NCBI GenBank assembly: GCA_034226945.1
Contig: CP120454.1
Location: 558,001-622,000, forward strand
Direction of reading: 5' to 3'
Source: Picochlorum sp. SENEW3
Lineage: Eukaryota
DNA: 64,000 nt
This document shows, piece by piece, positions 47,930 through 60,144 of the stretch. Every line of letters starts with the position of its first letter. The stretch's first letter is position 1. Under the pieces are notes generated by a model that saw only the letters and a program-made list of their open reading frames with translations, searched no databases and was not told the origin of the DNA. Both the position numbers and the translations under genes were made by a program.

Positions 47930-49357
47930 ATGCCAATTTCAGGAAGAATGATATTGGCTTCGGTGCTGATGGTTGTGATGACGCTTTCAGTGGTACAAGC
48001 TGTGCCCGCGTCTCTGTGTGGTTTTGGGTATGGGGACGGGTGCGAACAAGGGGCCCCATCCTGTCCCACGGCAAATTTCCCACCTGCACGACCTGGTGAT
48101 TGTGCTCCGTGTGAAATGGAGGGTTGTGTGTACTGCTCGTATGCAAAACGAGAGTGTGGATCCTGCAAGGCTGGCTACTATCCTGTTCTGAGAAAGATAC
48201 CATGCGAAGAGGTATATGGTTCAGGGGCCACGGGGACATGCACGGCTATACAGTCGTGTAAACGATGTAGTGGTTCTTGCGGATTTTGCACTGGTAAGGA
48301 TGATTCCAAGTGCCAGGATAAAGCTTTGGAATGCGCACCTCACAAAGCCAAGGCTGCAGTGCAAGCAACACGTGTGGAATGGAGGGGCAATGCGTGTATG
48401 AACAGGATAGGTATGCATGGGGATGGATATACTCGGTATTATTATACCTGGGTACAGAACGGTACATGCATGGATTGTAAAATCGGGATTCAAGAAATCT
48501 CAACGAGTCTGGGGAAGACCATGCTCTGTCGGTTGTTGGCCAGGGCACTGGACGTTGCTGCAAATGCATGGAAAGGAGTCGACTGCGAGGATGATCCTAC
48601 ATACACACTTCAAGACTGGTGCTTTGGAAATATGTCGAACGCTCCCTTTGGGATGAGATCTGTGAATCTCGTCTTCTCCTCCCAATGCAGGACTGCAAGA
48701 AAGGGTGTTCTGGAGAAGATCATCTCATCAAACGGCGGGTTGGACGTGCTGGTTGGCCCGTCGACAGCGAGTGCTGATCTCAGTGTGAAGCTCATAGATT
48801 TCAAAAAATGGACATGGGCTGAAGCATCAGTCGCAGATGCATCAGGCAGATGCACATTCTCCAAAGAGTACAATCTTTCTCCAGTGTCGTGCCCTCGCTT
48901 CCAACTGGTAACCTATAAAAACTGCAAGCTGAGCACTGCCACGCTCACGAATGGTGAATATTTCGTCAACTCATTCGATAAGTATATACCTAAATGGAAA
49001 ATATCTGGAGACTCGTCGTCTGCTGTGCTGAGATCGGTACGCAGTTGCCCGAATTCGACGCTCACCACCAACTTGTCAAAGGCTGCCAAGATACACCTGG
49101 CTACGAGTTCCTCGAACAAAGACACCTCGTACATGATCAAACCAATAGGAAAAGTTTGCAATATAGTTCAGCTGATGAGAAACGCGGGCGGACAAGATCA
49201 ATTTCTCACAGTGAGCTCTGACTGTGTCAAAGTATCATGGTCATCAGAGGCTTCTGAACGATCCCAGTTCAAGCTGGAAAGAGCATGCAACGACCGCGAT
49301 CAGTCTGCCGCAGACAACTATGGATGCACGTTTGATCTATACCCCGTCGCAGACTGA
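47930..49357 (+). CDS. secreted cysteine-rich protein, function unknown
   Basis: Signal peptide (ILASVLMVVMTLSVVQA); CxxC-rich N-terminal region. Confidence 0.7.
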   Translation: MPISGRMILASVLMVVMTLSVVQAVPASLCGFGYGDGCEQGAPSCPTANFPPARPGDCAPCEMEGCVYCSYAKRECGSCKAGYYPVLRKIPCEEVYGSGATGTCTAIQSCKRCSGSCGFCTGKDDSKCQDKALECAPHKAKAAVQATRVEWRGNACMNRIGMHGDGYTRYYYTWVQNGTCMDCKIGIQEISTSLGKTMLCRLLARALDVAANAWKGVDCEDDPTYTLQDWCFGNMSNAPFGMRSVNLVFSSQCRTARKGVLEKIISSNGGLDVLVGPSTASADLSVKLIDFKKWTWAEASVADASGRCTFSKEYNLSPVSCPRFQLVTYKNCKLSTATLTNGEYFVNSFDKYIPKWKISGDSSSAVLRSVRSCPNSTLTTNLSKAAKIHLATSSSNKDTSYMIKPIGKVCNIVQLMRNAGGQDQFLTVSSDCVKVSWSSEASERSQFKLERACNDRDQSAADNYGCTFDLYPVAD

Positions 49358-49694
49358 TCAGATTGCTCTACTTCCACATGCATGTGGTACGAGTAGTATT
49401 CGTTGTTGGGTACAGAATATTCTCCTTTTTTTTTTGCTTTGAAACAAGAAAAGACCATCCGAACATGGCCCTCATGACATCGATTCCCAAGATATTGTTT
49501 CATAATTGTAATTTAATATTGATGATAATTGTTTTGTGATGTGTGTTTTCCATTTGGGTAATGCACATGAGACGGATTTCTGTCATTAAGCAGCAGGAAG
49601 CAGAACAAGAAGAAGAAGAAGCGCAAGGTCTCGGCGTACTCTGCCCAAATGGACGCCGATGGATGCAATGTAAAGTATCATATGGTATGATACA

Positions 49695-50879
49695 ATGCAT
49701 TCGCTTGCGCTGAATGGCAGACCCTTGCTCTCAGGCTCGGCAGAGAGTCTTCCAAAGAGGAAAACCAAGGGTAACCCGTTGATCATGAATAGGACAGAGA
49801 GAAGGAGGGTGATGAACCGATTGATGTGTCAAATAATTTTTTTCTGTCTAATATTTGCGGTCGGAATGCTCAATCTGTTGATCAGTCTTCGTCGACCACC
49901 AAGGGCCACCCACCACAAGCTTCAGAGCAACCTCCACACCATGTACTTTGACACAGAGACGCAATTGCCCTCAAAGGGATGCTTTTCTAGAAACGATATA
50001 TCAAGCGAGTATATGAATCACTGGAAAGAAGCGATAAAGATTCTGCAAGTACATGCTCCCGAGGCAGTGAAAGATAGATTCCCAGAAACACTGCAGAAGA
50101 ATGAGAGTCTGGTGATATTTCCAGAGGGCAAGGCGAGCGAGCTGCTTCGAAGATATCTTCGATTCCGATACTCTTCCTTTTTTCCTGGATACACGATTCT
50201 ACCTAAAAGCCCTTTGGCCAAGTTGCGCCAAACAATGTATTATAGCAGAGTCTGGAAGGCAGGAAATGATGCTATTCGGGAAAATTTAGCACGTGCAACC
50301 CATGCAAAAGCAGTACAGAGTTGGAGATGGCTCCTACGATCTAAATCACACTCTGTTACAATTGTGACATTTGTGAGAGAACCTGCAGAGCGGTGGGTAT
50401 CAGCGTATAACGAACTTCAGCAGCGGTGGGTTGTTGAGAACAAGTATGATCCTGCCAAGGAATGCCCAGAGTGCATCTTTCCACATTTTGATGGAGAAGA
50501 GCGCGTATGGGCCTTCCTTGTAGACTTATTAACGCTGAAATTGGTGGATGCGTTTGAGATTGTACATGTATATCCAGAGAGTGGGATGTTGAAAGCATCC
50601 CCTCGGTTTGATTTTCTTGGGAAAATTGAAACGTTTGATAAGGATTGGAAGCGGCTGATGAATACATATGTGGATAATAGCAAGTACGTATTTGACTCGA
50701 CCCTCGGGCAGCATAATTCTAGCAAAGATGTGATGGGTGCAAGAAAAGCAGGACTCGACTTGCTGGAACACAGTTTGCCATTTGTTCAAATTTTGGAACA
50801 CATATTGTTCAAAGATTACCGATGCTTTGGGTATCTACTAAGGAGTCAGAGTTTCAACAATGCATCGAGTCCACGGTGA
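49695..50879 (+). CDS. Golgi type II membrane sulfotransferase (Sulfotransfer_2-like)
   Basis: N-terminal TM; PAPS-binding-like motifs RVWKAG and FVREPAERWVSAY; FDFLGKIE. Confidence 0.75.
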   Translation: MHSLALNGRPLLSGSAESLPKRKTKGNPLIMNRTERRRVMNRLMCQIIFFCLIFAVGMLNLLISLRRPPRATHHKLQSNLHTMYFDTETQLPSKGCFSRNDISSEYMNHWKEAIKILQVHAPEAVKDRFPETLQKNESLVIFPEGKASELLRRYLRFRYSSFFPGYTILPKSPLAKLRQTMYYSRVWKAGNDAIRENLARATHAKAVQSWRWLLRSKSHSVTIVTFVREPAERWVSAYNELQQRWVVENKYDPAKECPECIFPHFDGEERVWAFLVDLLTLKLVDAFEIVHVYPESGMLKASPRFDFLGKIETFDKDWKRLMNTYVDNSKYVFDSTLGQHNSSKDVMGARKAGLDLLEHSLPFVQILEHILFKDYRCFGYLLRSQSFNNASSPR

Positions 50880-51111
50880 GATTGTATAAGAGCATGACAT
50901 CACGAGTATTGATGTACTCAATAGGATATCTCGCACACATTGTGTGACTACTCCATCATAGAGTGGCCATGAATGCAGTACGCTTTTCAACTCGCATGGC
51001 TACTATTATTTAATTATTCCTTGTATTTTGATAAATACAATCTCTGAAGAACTCATTGATATCAAATCGAGCCGATAGTAGATATTTTGTCGAAATACGC
51101 GTAGACCCAGC

Positions 51112-52756
51112 ATGTCTGTGAGGCAACACGCTGGCGCTTCTCGTACAATGTACTCTCTGGGGACACGCCATACGTGTATATATCGCAGTTTTAAGAATTA
51201 TAAATGCATCAGAGGGGTCATGCCACAGAAAGGCGCACAAATATCCCCAGTCTGCTCTCGTGGCAGTCAGCGCCTTAGAGCAAGCAGCAGTGCAGAGAAA
51301 CGCATGGATCCTCATGAGGAAGAATGGTTTCCTGATTTGACGTTAAAAAGAGTTTCAGATGAGGTGGATTCGTATGATGTGGTCGTTGCTGGTGCTGGGC
51401 CATCTGGACTTGCTGTTGCTAGCAGAGTTGCTGGGGCTGGGTTCAAGGTAGCTGTGATTGATCCACAGCCGTTGGGGCAATGGATTAACAACTATGGTGT
51501 ATGGGTGGATGAATTTAATGCCATGGGGTTGGATGATTGCTTTGATGTTGTGTGGCCGACAGCGACAGTGCATTTGAATTCATCATCAGACGGTGAGAGG
51601 ACTCTGAAGAGGCCTTATGCTCGGGTGGATAGACCCAAGTTGAAGAGGAAGTTGTTGCAGCAGTGTATTGATAATGGTGTTGAGTTCAAGTATGCGAAAG
51701 TGAGAGATTCAAGCGTGATGGATGAGGTGACTGCTGTTGTGTGTGATGATGGGACTCGTGTGAAGGGGACATTTGCTGTGGATGCGACTGGGCATAGCAA
51801 GGCGCTGATCAAATATGATGGAAAGTATGATCCAGGGTATCAAGGGGCATATGGAATTACAGTGAATGTCGAGTCGCACCCATTTGATGTGGATAAAATG
51901 CTGTTTATGGATTGGAGGGATGATCACTTGGATGGGTGTCCTGAGCTCAAGGAGAGCAACGCAAAGTATGTTTGTGTTTTTTTTTGTGTGTATATCAAAG
52001 CTGGTGTGTATTTTCATTATATTTGATGCATGTTTCTATTCTTGAAAATGCAGGCTGCCGACATTTTTGTATGCCATGCCGTTTTCTCCAACCAAGGTGT
52101 TTCTGGAGGAGACATCCCTGGTAGCCAGACCAATCATTCCTTTCCCTGAACTAAAAGCACGCCTGGATGCTCGAATGGCTCATCTAGGTATTAAAGTTTT
52201 ATCAGTAGAAGAAGAAGAGTATTGCTCGATTCCCATGGGTGGGATCCTTCCACGATTGCCTCAAAGGATGATTGGTGTCGGGGGGACAGCTGGAATGGTT
52301 CATCCTTCTACAGGCTATATGATTGCAAGGGTGTTGGGAGCGGCTCCAACAGTGGCTGATGCATTGATCGATGAATTGTCTTCCTTGGGAGGACAAGATA
52401 AAGCCAATTGGTCTCCATCTAAATCATCCGAGATTGATTTGGACCAAGCATCTGAGGAGATTTGGTCCAAAATATGGCCCAATAGTAGAATACGACAGAG
52501 GGAATTTTTCAATTTTGGAATGGAAGTGCTTTTGAAACTTGATCTGGCTGAAACTAGGGAATTTTTTGCTGCATTCTTTGCTCTGAGTGATTACCACTGG
52601 CAAGGGTTTTTATCCTCCAGATTGTCCTTCATTGAGCTGATTGGGTTCGGGCTGTCACTCTTCGCCAAATCCAGTAATGAGGCGAGGCTCAATCTGCTTT
52701 CCAAAGGCTTCCCTGGCCTTGTCGTTACGCTTGCAAAGTTGACAAAGACTCTGTAG
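51112..52756 (+). CDS. LCYB: lycopene beta-cyclase; one intron
   Basis: DVVVAGAGPSG, NNYGVWVDEF, FMDWRD, FLEETSLVARP, GMVHPSTGY. Confidence 0.92.
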
Positions 52757-52903
52757 ATATTCACAATGTAGGGACATCTATATACCACATGCTTTAGATA
52801 TATGTATGTATGTGTGTGTACATGCATGTTACAAATAATTTCATACATAGTGTAATTCACATTACAGTGTTATATATGTTTACATGACGTACTGCTACTG
52901 GTA

Positions 52904-54439
52904 CTAGTCAAAAATCCGCTCACCGGTGGCAAATGCGTTCCAAATCACTGTGCCCAAGACATACAATCCCACTGCAAGGCCCCACACATCATCCCACGAT
53001 CCATTTTGTAAGATGTAGCCAGTTGCAGCTGTTCCCAACACACCAGCCAACACACCAGCCGTATTGGACATGCCTAGCAATACTCCTGAATACTGAGGAC
53101 CAATATCCTGGTGATTTGAGTACAACCCAGATTGAGAAAATGCGTCAAACCCTTGCGCGGCCATCATGCAAAGTACTGCCTCAGTCACTGTTGAAACATT
53201 TCCTAATTGTGTCAAGAAAAATGCTGGTCCTAAGAACCCAATGGACTGCATCAGCTTTCTAACCACTGTTACTGACCAACCCTTCTCTACCAATCCATCC
53301 GCAATCCAACCACCTACATTGGCTGATACGGCCATGGTTATCCATGGAAGGACAGAAAACAGGCCACTCGACTTCAAGTCAAGACCTAGGACCTGGTTAT
53401 AATAGGTAGGCATCCATGTCAATAGAATAAAAGTTCCCCAGTTATGACAGAAATGAGACCCTATCAGAGCCCACACAGGCTTTTTGGATAATAAAAGTTT
53501 CCAAGGAATAGAATTTAATTCTTTCTTTTCGACAGAGTTCTCCACAATATATGCTCTCTCCTTGGTAGAGATCAACGAGTCCTCCCTTGGATCAGACGAT
53601 GCCCTCTTTACCCACCAAATGAACCATGCAACACCGATGCTACCAAATATATAAAACACAGAAGGCCAACCCAATATGTTGATCAATTGAGGGGATAACC
53701 CCAGTCCAATCACACTACCAGTATACATTCCAGAATACACAAGGGATAACGATCTGGACCTTTCCTTCGCAGGAATCCATTTTGATAACAAATTGTTCAT
53801 CGCTGGCATAGCTACTCCTTCACCAATACCCATACACGCTCGCGCAACCAGCAAGGTAGGCAGTCCCATGGCTGCAGCCATTGGAGTCATGACAGTTGCC
53901 AATGACCACCATATAACTCCAAACCCAAGAACCACCTTGCCCCCATAGCGATCTGCCCACACACCACCTAGAACCTGGGTCAGTAAATATCCCCAGAAAA
54001 ATGACGATTGTACCAATCCTATTGTTGCTGAGCTCCATGAAAAACTCTCTGCCATTGGCAAAATTGCTATTGACATGTTCACCCTATCCATATTACACAG
54101 CATAAATGCTACAAAGCACAATGCTACTATAGACCACCGTCTTTTCCATCCACGTGACGTATCCTGCGAGTCAGCACCACTGCTACCTGCGCGACTATAC
54201 ACTTTTGTACTCCTTCTACTCCTTGTTCCCAAAGGTTGCTGCTCCTGCCTCCTACCCCGAGCCAACCATCCACAGTCTACGCGACACACAGCACTTTTTC
54301 TGCTATATGTACTACTAATGTGAGTTGCATGTTTCGGCATGAAACAGTGGCCATTAGATACTGCAATGCTCGGTTGTACCCCCAACACTACCCTCTTCCT
54401 GCAAGAGAACCAGTCACACGAATTTGTCAATCTCTCCAT
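52904..54439 (-). CDS. PHT4: plastid PHT4/SLC17 anion (phosphate/ascorbate) MFS transporter
   Basis: CNMDRVNMSIAI, SSFFWGY, GEGVAMPAMN, LGMSNTAG. Confidence 0.92.
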   Translation of the reverse strand: MERLTNSCDWFSCRKRVVLGVQPSIAVSNGHCFMPKHATHISSTYSRKSAVCRVDCGWLARGRRQEQQPLGTRSRRSTKVYSRAGSSGADSQDTSRGWKRRWSIVALCFVAFMLCNMDRVNMSIAILPMAESFSWSSATIGLVQSSFFWGYLLTQVLGGVWADRYGGKVVLGFGVIWWSLATVMTPMAAAMGLPTLLVARACMGIGEGVAMPAMNNLLSKWIPAKERSRSLSLVYSGMYTGSVIGLGLSPQLINILGWPSVFYIFGSIGVAWFIWWVKRASSDPREDSLISTKERAYIVENSVEKKELNSIPWKLLLSKKPVWALIGSHFCHNWGTFILLTWMPTYYNQVLGLDLKSSGLFSVLPWITMAVSANVGGWIADGLVEKGWSVTVVRKLMQSIGFLGPAFFLTQLGNVSTVTEAVLCMMAAQGFDAFSQSGLYSNHQDIGPQYSGVLLGMSNTAGVLAGVLGTAATGYILQNGSWDDVWGLAVGLYVLGTVIWNAFATGERIFD

Positions 54440-54959
54440 CGACCGACCGCATTCACTTCAAAACGACCTACCATGTTAATCTATGTCGTTGGGTGACATG
54501 ATTGTAGCGAGAATGCAGAGTCCCAACTAGACTGTGCTTGCTGCGGCATTCCATTCTCCACCACATCAACCAAAGACACAACAAAACCTCTCAACAATCG
54601 ATTTAAACCTCTTCAAACGATCAAATTCTCATCAGATGCACAATTAATGGCTGTATCGCTCTGTTATACGTGTCCCGTTCCCAGACTCTCGTTCTCCCGT
54701 CCAAGTGTTGCTAATGGGTGAACTCGCGACTCAACGTCCTACTACGCTTGCATTGTCCCATTAATTATCTCATATGATATATATACACTACTATAATCCC
54801 CTTTGTCAGCGTCGATCACGCCGTCATCAATCCGAATCATGGCGCCACGACACCAGTGTCTCCATAAATAGAACAATACATAAAAAAGCCATTCTGGGTT
54901 TTTCTTCACTCTTGTAGCAGTACAGAGCTCTTTGTACCGATGTTGATATTGAATGCAAA

Positions 54960-56260
54960 ATGTCATCAGGATCTCTCAGAAATACAGGTCAGAGTAGAGA
55001 TTTGGGAGACGTTGGTAGTACACCGTCAGCAATAGAAAAAGGGACTGAAGAGGCTCACGTTGTACCGGAACAAGAAGAGAAACAAGCACTGATGGGTGAC
55101 AGTGGGGCATCTACGGCAGGAAAGGGGAAGATTTCCGGTGTACACCACCAGACCTTGGTGGCTGGGGCATGTTTCTGTTTGGCCTCTGGGGGAATGGTGC
55201 GTATGCTTGTACCACTCGAATGACGTCTTTCCGTTATGATCACGTATTATATGTGTGTGCAGACGCTGTTGAATAAGGCTGCGCTATCCAGTTTTGACTT
55301 TAAGGCTCCAGATTCGTTGCTGTTTTTCCAGTGCTTCCTCTGTGTTGTTTTAGTCAAAGTGTTTGCCATGTTGGGATACATCAAAGTGGAGCCATTCAAT
55401 TGGAATATAGTACGAGTGTGGTATCCAGTGAATTTAATATTTGTTGGCATGATTATCACCAGTTTCTGGGCATTGAAGGATTTGGGGGTTGCAACTGTGA
55501 CGGTGTTGAAGAATATGACCAACTTGATTGTGGTGTCAGCAGAATATTTCTTGTATGGAAGAGTATATAATATGGGCATCTGGGCCACGATGGGTCTGAT
55601 GGTTCTCTCTGCCGTGGTTGGAGGATTTACGGATTTGGCGTTTAGTGCATCTGGGTATTTCTGGCAGATGGTGAATAGTGGATTCACAGCAGCAAATATG
55701 CTGTATCTCAAGTATGTGTGCACAGGCGTTCATCTCATGTTGTATGACGCTAATTTATAGTATTATTTAATGCAGAGTTGTGATGGAAAAGGTGAAGAAA
55801 TACACGTCGAAAGGAGAACGTTTGGATGAGTTTTCCATGGTGTTTTACAACAACTTGCTCTCTCTGTACGTTGTATTCTTCTTCTCATAGTGTACAGTAC
55901 TCGTGTTGCTATCTTGATATATATTCATGTTGCAGTCCATTAATATTCGCCGTCATGGTGATGCAAGGAGAATTGACCACACTTCCACAGCAACCAGATC
56001 TGACAAACCCTGCCTTTTTGATCGTGGCAGCGCTCTCTGGTTTGGTTTCCTTTGGAATTTCCTTCTCCGTCCTGTGGTTCTTGTCCTCCACAACCCCAAC
56101 CACATTCAGTCTTGTAGGGTCGTTGAATAAAATCCCAGTATCATTCATTGGGCTGATCTTGTACGAGTCACAGTGGTCATTGCCCAACTTGCTTAGTATC
56201 CTTGTGGGCCTTGCCTCTGGGGTTGTCTTTGTCATTGCAAAGCAAAAGGCAAATGGATAA
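54960..56260 (+). CDS. Golgi GDP-mannose transporter (GONST-like), multi-exon
   Basis: TVLKNMTN, MVFYNNLLS, SLVGSLNKIP (GxLNK motif). Confidence 0.88.
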
Positions 56261-56323
56261 ACAGATATATCCATGCTCAAATTTGTTCATATATTTTATA
56301 CATAGGAATTGATCGAATAATAA

Positions 56324-57319
56324 TTATGCCTTGCTGCTTTTGAATGCTGCTGTAATTATTGAAGAATCTGGCTCCTGCTTGCCTGCCTGAATCATATCAT
56401 ACGATTCCTGTGGCGATCCATCCTCTCCTTTGAAATCCACTCGTTTATATATATGCCATTCGCCGCCATATGAATATCGCAACGCCCCCATAATTGGATA
56501 TGGGCCCATGCCAATGTACAAGAGGCGAAAATGGTAGGCAGTTGTGAATGTGGAAATAAAATCCATTCGCTCCTGACGACCTCGGACCGACATGACCCCA
56601 CCAGAGGACATGATATCCCCCAGCTGAGGATTCACCATGATAATTTCCTTCTTGTCTGCGTGCGCTTCATCCACCATTTCCGAAATCAGAGGCAGAACAG
56701 AATGCCCTGTGATGTTCTGTGGAGAGATCAAAATGTATGTTTGGCAATCATCAATCTGGTCCCTACCGAGTTGTCCAATCTCAATCTGATCTGATACTTC
56801 TCCCCAATCCATTTGTAGTAAAATACGCCTCACACCTGACAACGCCAATGGCGTTCCCTGAAACACGCCTGTCCCAAGAGACTGTTGAACACACACCTTG
56901 ACTTTTCCTCCATGTCGTTTGCAAAGCATTGTTGCCATTTCTCTCACACACTCGAGCAAGGTGCCGACTCTATAAACGTCGAAATTCTGATTTAATTCTG
57001 GAATTGTACAACGGACGGAGAGAAGCGTGCTTCCAGCATCCAAGCACTTTTCAGTAGACTGGCAAATGTCATTGTAGAAGAAATACCTCGTGGATCGCTC
57101 ATGAGGAATTGTATTCAACCTTGTCGGTATCTCTGCAATAGCAGATGCACTATTTGCTTGAACAGGACCACCAATGTCTGATCTTCCACGACGACGAGAA
57201 ATACAAACCCGCCTGTTTGCAAAAGGTCTTGGTGCTCCTGCCTTGTGATGATACGGCAGAGACCCTTGTTTCTGCATCGGTGATCGTATCTGTTGATGTA
57301 ATAAACACGGATTCATCAT
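56324..57319 (-). CDS. plastid DUF1995 protein (resembles the C-terminal domain of plant AMK5)
   Basis: IPELN..DVYRVGTL, VKVCVQQS, GGVMSVRGR, YPIMGALR; no kinase domain. Confidence 0.75.
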   Translation of the reverse strand: MMNPCLLHQQIRSPMQKQGSLPYHHKAGAPRPFANRRVCISRRRGRSDIGGPVQANSASAIAEIPTRLNTIPHERSTRYFFYNDICQSTEKCLDAGSTLLSVRCTIPELNQNFDVYRVGTLLECVREMATMLCKRHGGKVKVCVQQSLGTGVFQGTPLALSGVRRILLQMDWGEVSDQIEIGQLGRDQIDDCQTYILISPQNITGHSVLPLISEMVDEAHADKKEIIMVNPQLGDIMSSGGVMSVRGRQERMDFISTFTTAYHFRLLYIGMGPYPIMGALRYSYGGEWHIYKRVDFKGEDGSPQESYDMIQAGKQEPDSSIITAAFKSSKA

Positions 57320-57524
57320 GATTTAATTTGCATCGCTGCCAGGGAAACGCAGGTCTGATCTTGTAACAGCTGTGATGGGTACCCATTATCCACAAGCTCG
57401 TGTGGATGACTTTTTTGAATCACGCAAATCTCCTCTCGACCACACGACCCATTAATTTACAAATTTGAACCAGCAAATTAATATTTAATGGGATATTTAT
57501 TTAATCAATGCATATTTAGGACGT

Positions 57525-58361
57525 ATGACGAAACCTGTGGTGTCGACATGTCCAGCCAGACATGTGTCCATGGTAGTAAGACGCACGTGTCATGTTATTT
57601 CTCATTATCAGCGCATTCATAGGCACAGTAAATATAGTGCACATGATAGCACGGTCTCGAAACGCCTGGGGAGAGCATGTGTGTTCCACGGTAGAAATGC
57701 ACTGAATGTGCCATCGTTTGACCTGGCAAGGGATGCCCTAGAATCACCACCACAATCAGCAATAGCAGCAGCATCATTATCAGCAGTAAAAACCATGATA
57801 GCAGTGATCGCTGCAATGGCGATATCATTGGATAGTGTTTATGCGGAAGAAATGCAACCACAAATCAGAACCAGCTCCACTGCTCCAAACGAGCAACAAC
57901 AGAGCGGGACTGATACTGCGCCATTAGATGGCAGTGCAATGCCAAACCCTTCTACATCAGATGATGGTGATGACAAACGAGCGCCATTGTTGGTAGAAAA
58001 AATCAAATGGTTGAATCAAGTGACCTCTCAAGTCACAGAAGAAGAGTTGAACGAGGCGCATCCTCCACCATTACGGGATATGGTGGACAGTGTCATGTCA
58101 TCAGAAGTAAGCAAAGATATTCAGGGCATATCGCATGTTGTAGGGGGAGTAGTAGTTGATTTAAAGGATGGTTTTGTTGGATTGAATGATACTATTCGTC
58201 ACATAAACAATGAGGATAATCCCCTGATGAAGAAAGCGAGCAGCAATGGGGTGGCAACAGAGACTGTACAAGAGGATCATCAGAGTTCTAGCCCTTCTGA
58301 CACAAAAGTGAATACTACTGCGACGAATTCATCCCCAGCCTCACAAAGTAGTGCATCATAG
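57525..58361 (+). CDS. hypothetical plastid (lumen-targeted?) protein
   Basis: Transit-like N-terminus and a hydrophobic segment ending VYA. Confidence 0.55.
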   Translation: MTKPVVSTCPARHVSMVVRRTCHVISHYQRIHRHSKYSAHDSTVSKRLGRACVFHGRNALNVPSFDLARDALESPPQSAIAAASLSAVKTMIAVIAAMAISLDSVYAEEMQPQIRTSSTAPNEQQQSGTDTAPLDGSAMPNPSTSDDGDDKRAPLLVEKIKWLNQVTSQVTEEELNEAHPPPLRDMVDSVMSSEVSKDIQGISHVVGGVVVDLKDGFVGLNDTIRHINNEDNPLMKKASSNGVATETVQEDHQSSSPSDTKVNTTATNSSPASQSSAS

Positions 58362-58434
58362 TACTCAGTATACCAAGCAGAGAGTATTACATTTTTACTA
58401 TTCTTTCTACCCCTGTTACGCATCATCATCATCA

Positions 58435-59415
58435 TTATACTAATTTTCGACGCCACACATCCGACGATGCTATTCCTTTCTGCTGCTGCTGCTGCCAAGA
58501 CTGGTGATTATTCAGAGACACTGGCTGAGCAGCCTGCACATGAGGCACAAAAAAGTCCTTCAACGCGACATTCCTACTCCGAGACTGATCAAACTGAACT
58601 TCAGAACTCATTTTTCTCGACATGATGTAGGATATCATATCATCAAACGTGGCACCATCCTCTATTGCCTTGTTCCTCTTTAAGAACTCAAACATGTGAT
58701 GACTAAACTCATCAATCAAAAACGTCCCTACCCTCGAGTCACTATTCAACGCATACGAACTTTGATCCCGCTTACTACTGGCAGCTCCAGCCCACCCATG
58801 TGTGCGAATGTCCTCATACATGGTGGAGGCCTGACAGGTATCCAAAACCACCAGAACGCGCTTGCACATACCCACCATGGTCATGTATTCCACTGCAGCA
58901 CCCAAATCCGCCGCCATGAGCTCACTCTGATCATGAAATTTGAGAAACGAATCCCCACCATGACCCGTCAAAAACAACAGGACGTTGGACTCAGAGTCCG
59001 ACCCTAGTACCTGGCTGGATGCAGCACCATACCCCACATTGCCAGTCAACACCCTCATCACACTCTCAGCATTCACTTCCATATCTCGATAATCTATTTC
59101 AACATCAGTATCACTGTCTAAATACACATCATTCGGCCGATAGAATGTCTTCCCAGGTCTATACGTCCGAGGATCACATGTTGCACAATCAGCATGCATC
59201 AGAATGATGCGAGAATCAGGCATTCCCAACCGCTTCAACGAATGATAGAGTGTCATAGCATTCGCTGTATGTCTATAGTTCAACCAAAACCTTGACGCAT
59301 TCACAATCACAGCCCACGTTGAACTGGTATTTGTCAATGCACACAGACTGACTTGGCAACAACAACAGGCAAAAAGAGCAAGGCAGGTGAACCACCTACA
59401 CCGTGAGAGCAACAT
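58435..59415 (-). CDS. GPI8: GPI-anchor transamidase catalytic subunit (peptidase C13)
   Basis: WAVIVNASRFWLNYRH, catalytic TGHGG and DTCQA; signal peptide. Confidence 0.92.
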   Translation of the reverse strand: MLLSRCRWFTCLALFACCCCQVSLCALTNTSSTWAVIVNASRFWLNYRHTANAMTLYHSLKRLGMPDSRIILMHADCATCDPRTYRPGKTFYRPNDVYLDSDTDVEIDYRDMEVNAESVMRVLTGNVGYGAASSQVLGSDSESNVLLFLTGHGGDSFLKFHDQSELMAADLGAAVEYMTMVGMCKRVLVVLDTCQASTMYEDIRTHGWAGAASSKRDQSSYALNSDSRVGTFLIDEFSHHMFEFLKRNKAIEDGATFDDMISYIMSRKMSSEVQFDQSRSRNVALKDFFVPHVQAAQPVSLNNHQSWQQQQQKGIASSDVWRRKLV

Positions 59416-60144
59416 AATCGCTCTCAATTTTCCTGCTGATCTAGTTTTCTAATAAATGCTAAAAGATATCTATAACAAGAGCTTTCCCGAATTTGATTGC
59501 GAATGGTTTTTTGAAATGCGAATCATGTATCATTCATCTTGTGAAGACTGCCATCTGTTTCATTTGTTTTTGTCCGTATATTTCATACTTCAATACTGTG
59601 AATAAATAAGTATTCATATAAATCAATGCAATGACAATATGAAAATACTGACATGTTGATGGGTGGTGCTCTGGAATACAAGAGCTCAAGATCCTCTTGT
59701 ACCATCAATACATGAGCATATCGACATATCACATGATGTAAAATCATCGATCTTCATCTATATGAGAGGCATCCATAGGAGTCCATACTAGGTGGCGTAT
59801 TCTGCATGAATAGGGAACAGATGGACTGATGATGATTCATGCAATCCAAGGCCCATGTCCTAGAGACGTTTTCATTCTTCGATGAAAGACGTCTTTGGCA
59901 AGGAAAGAAAAACCTTCATTAAAAACTTATAATATATGTATATATACTATAGGTTGTATCTTTGTCCAATAAATAAAGACTCTGTTTGTGGACAGATTGG
60001 AAACCAGAGCAAAGCAAACTCATCCATCAACTTGGTATTGTGCGCTCTTCCTCGCATTTGTATACACATAAATATATAACATAAACACATAATGATGTTA
60101 TATGATGTAATGTAGGTGCAAAGGGCGTCTGTAGTAACAACAGT

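Noticed and set aside
47930..59415. Apparent cell-surface glycosylation cluster (secreted protein, sulfotransferase, GDP-mannose transporter, GPI8)
   Set aside because: Interspersed with unrelated plastid genes; chance adjacency is adequate.
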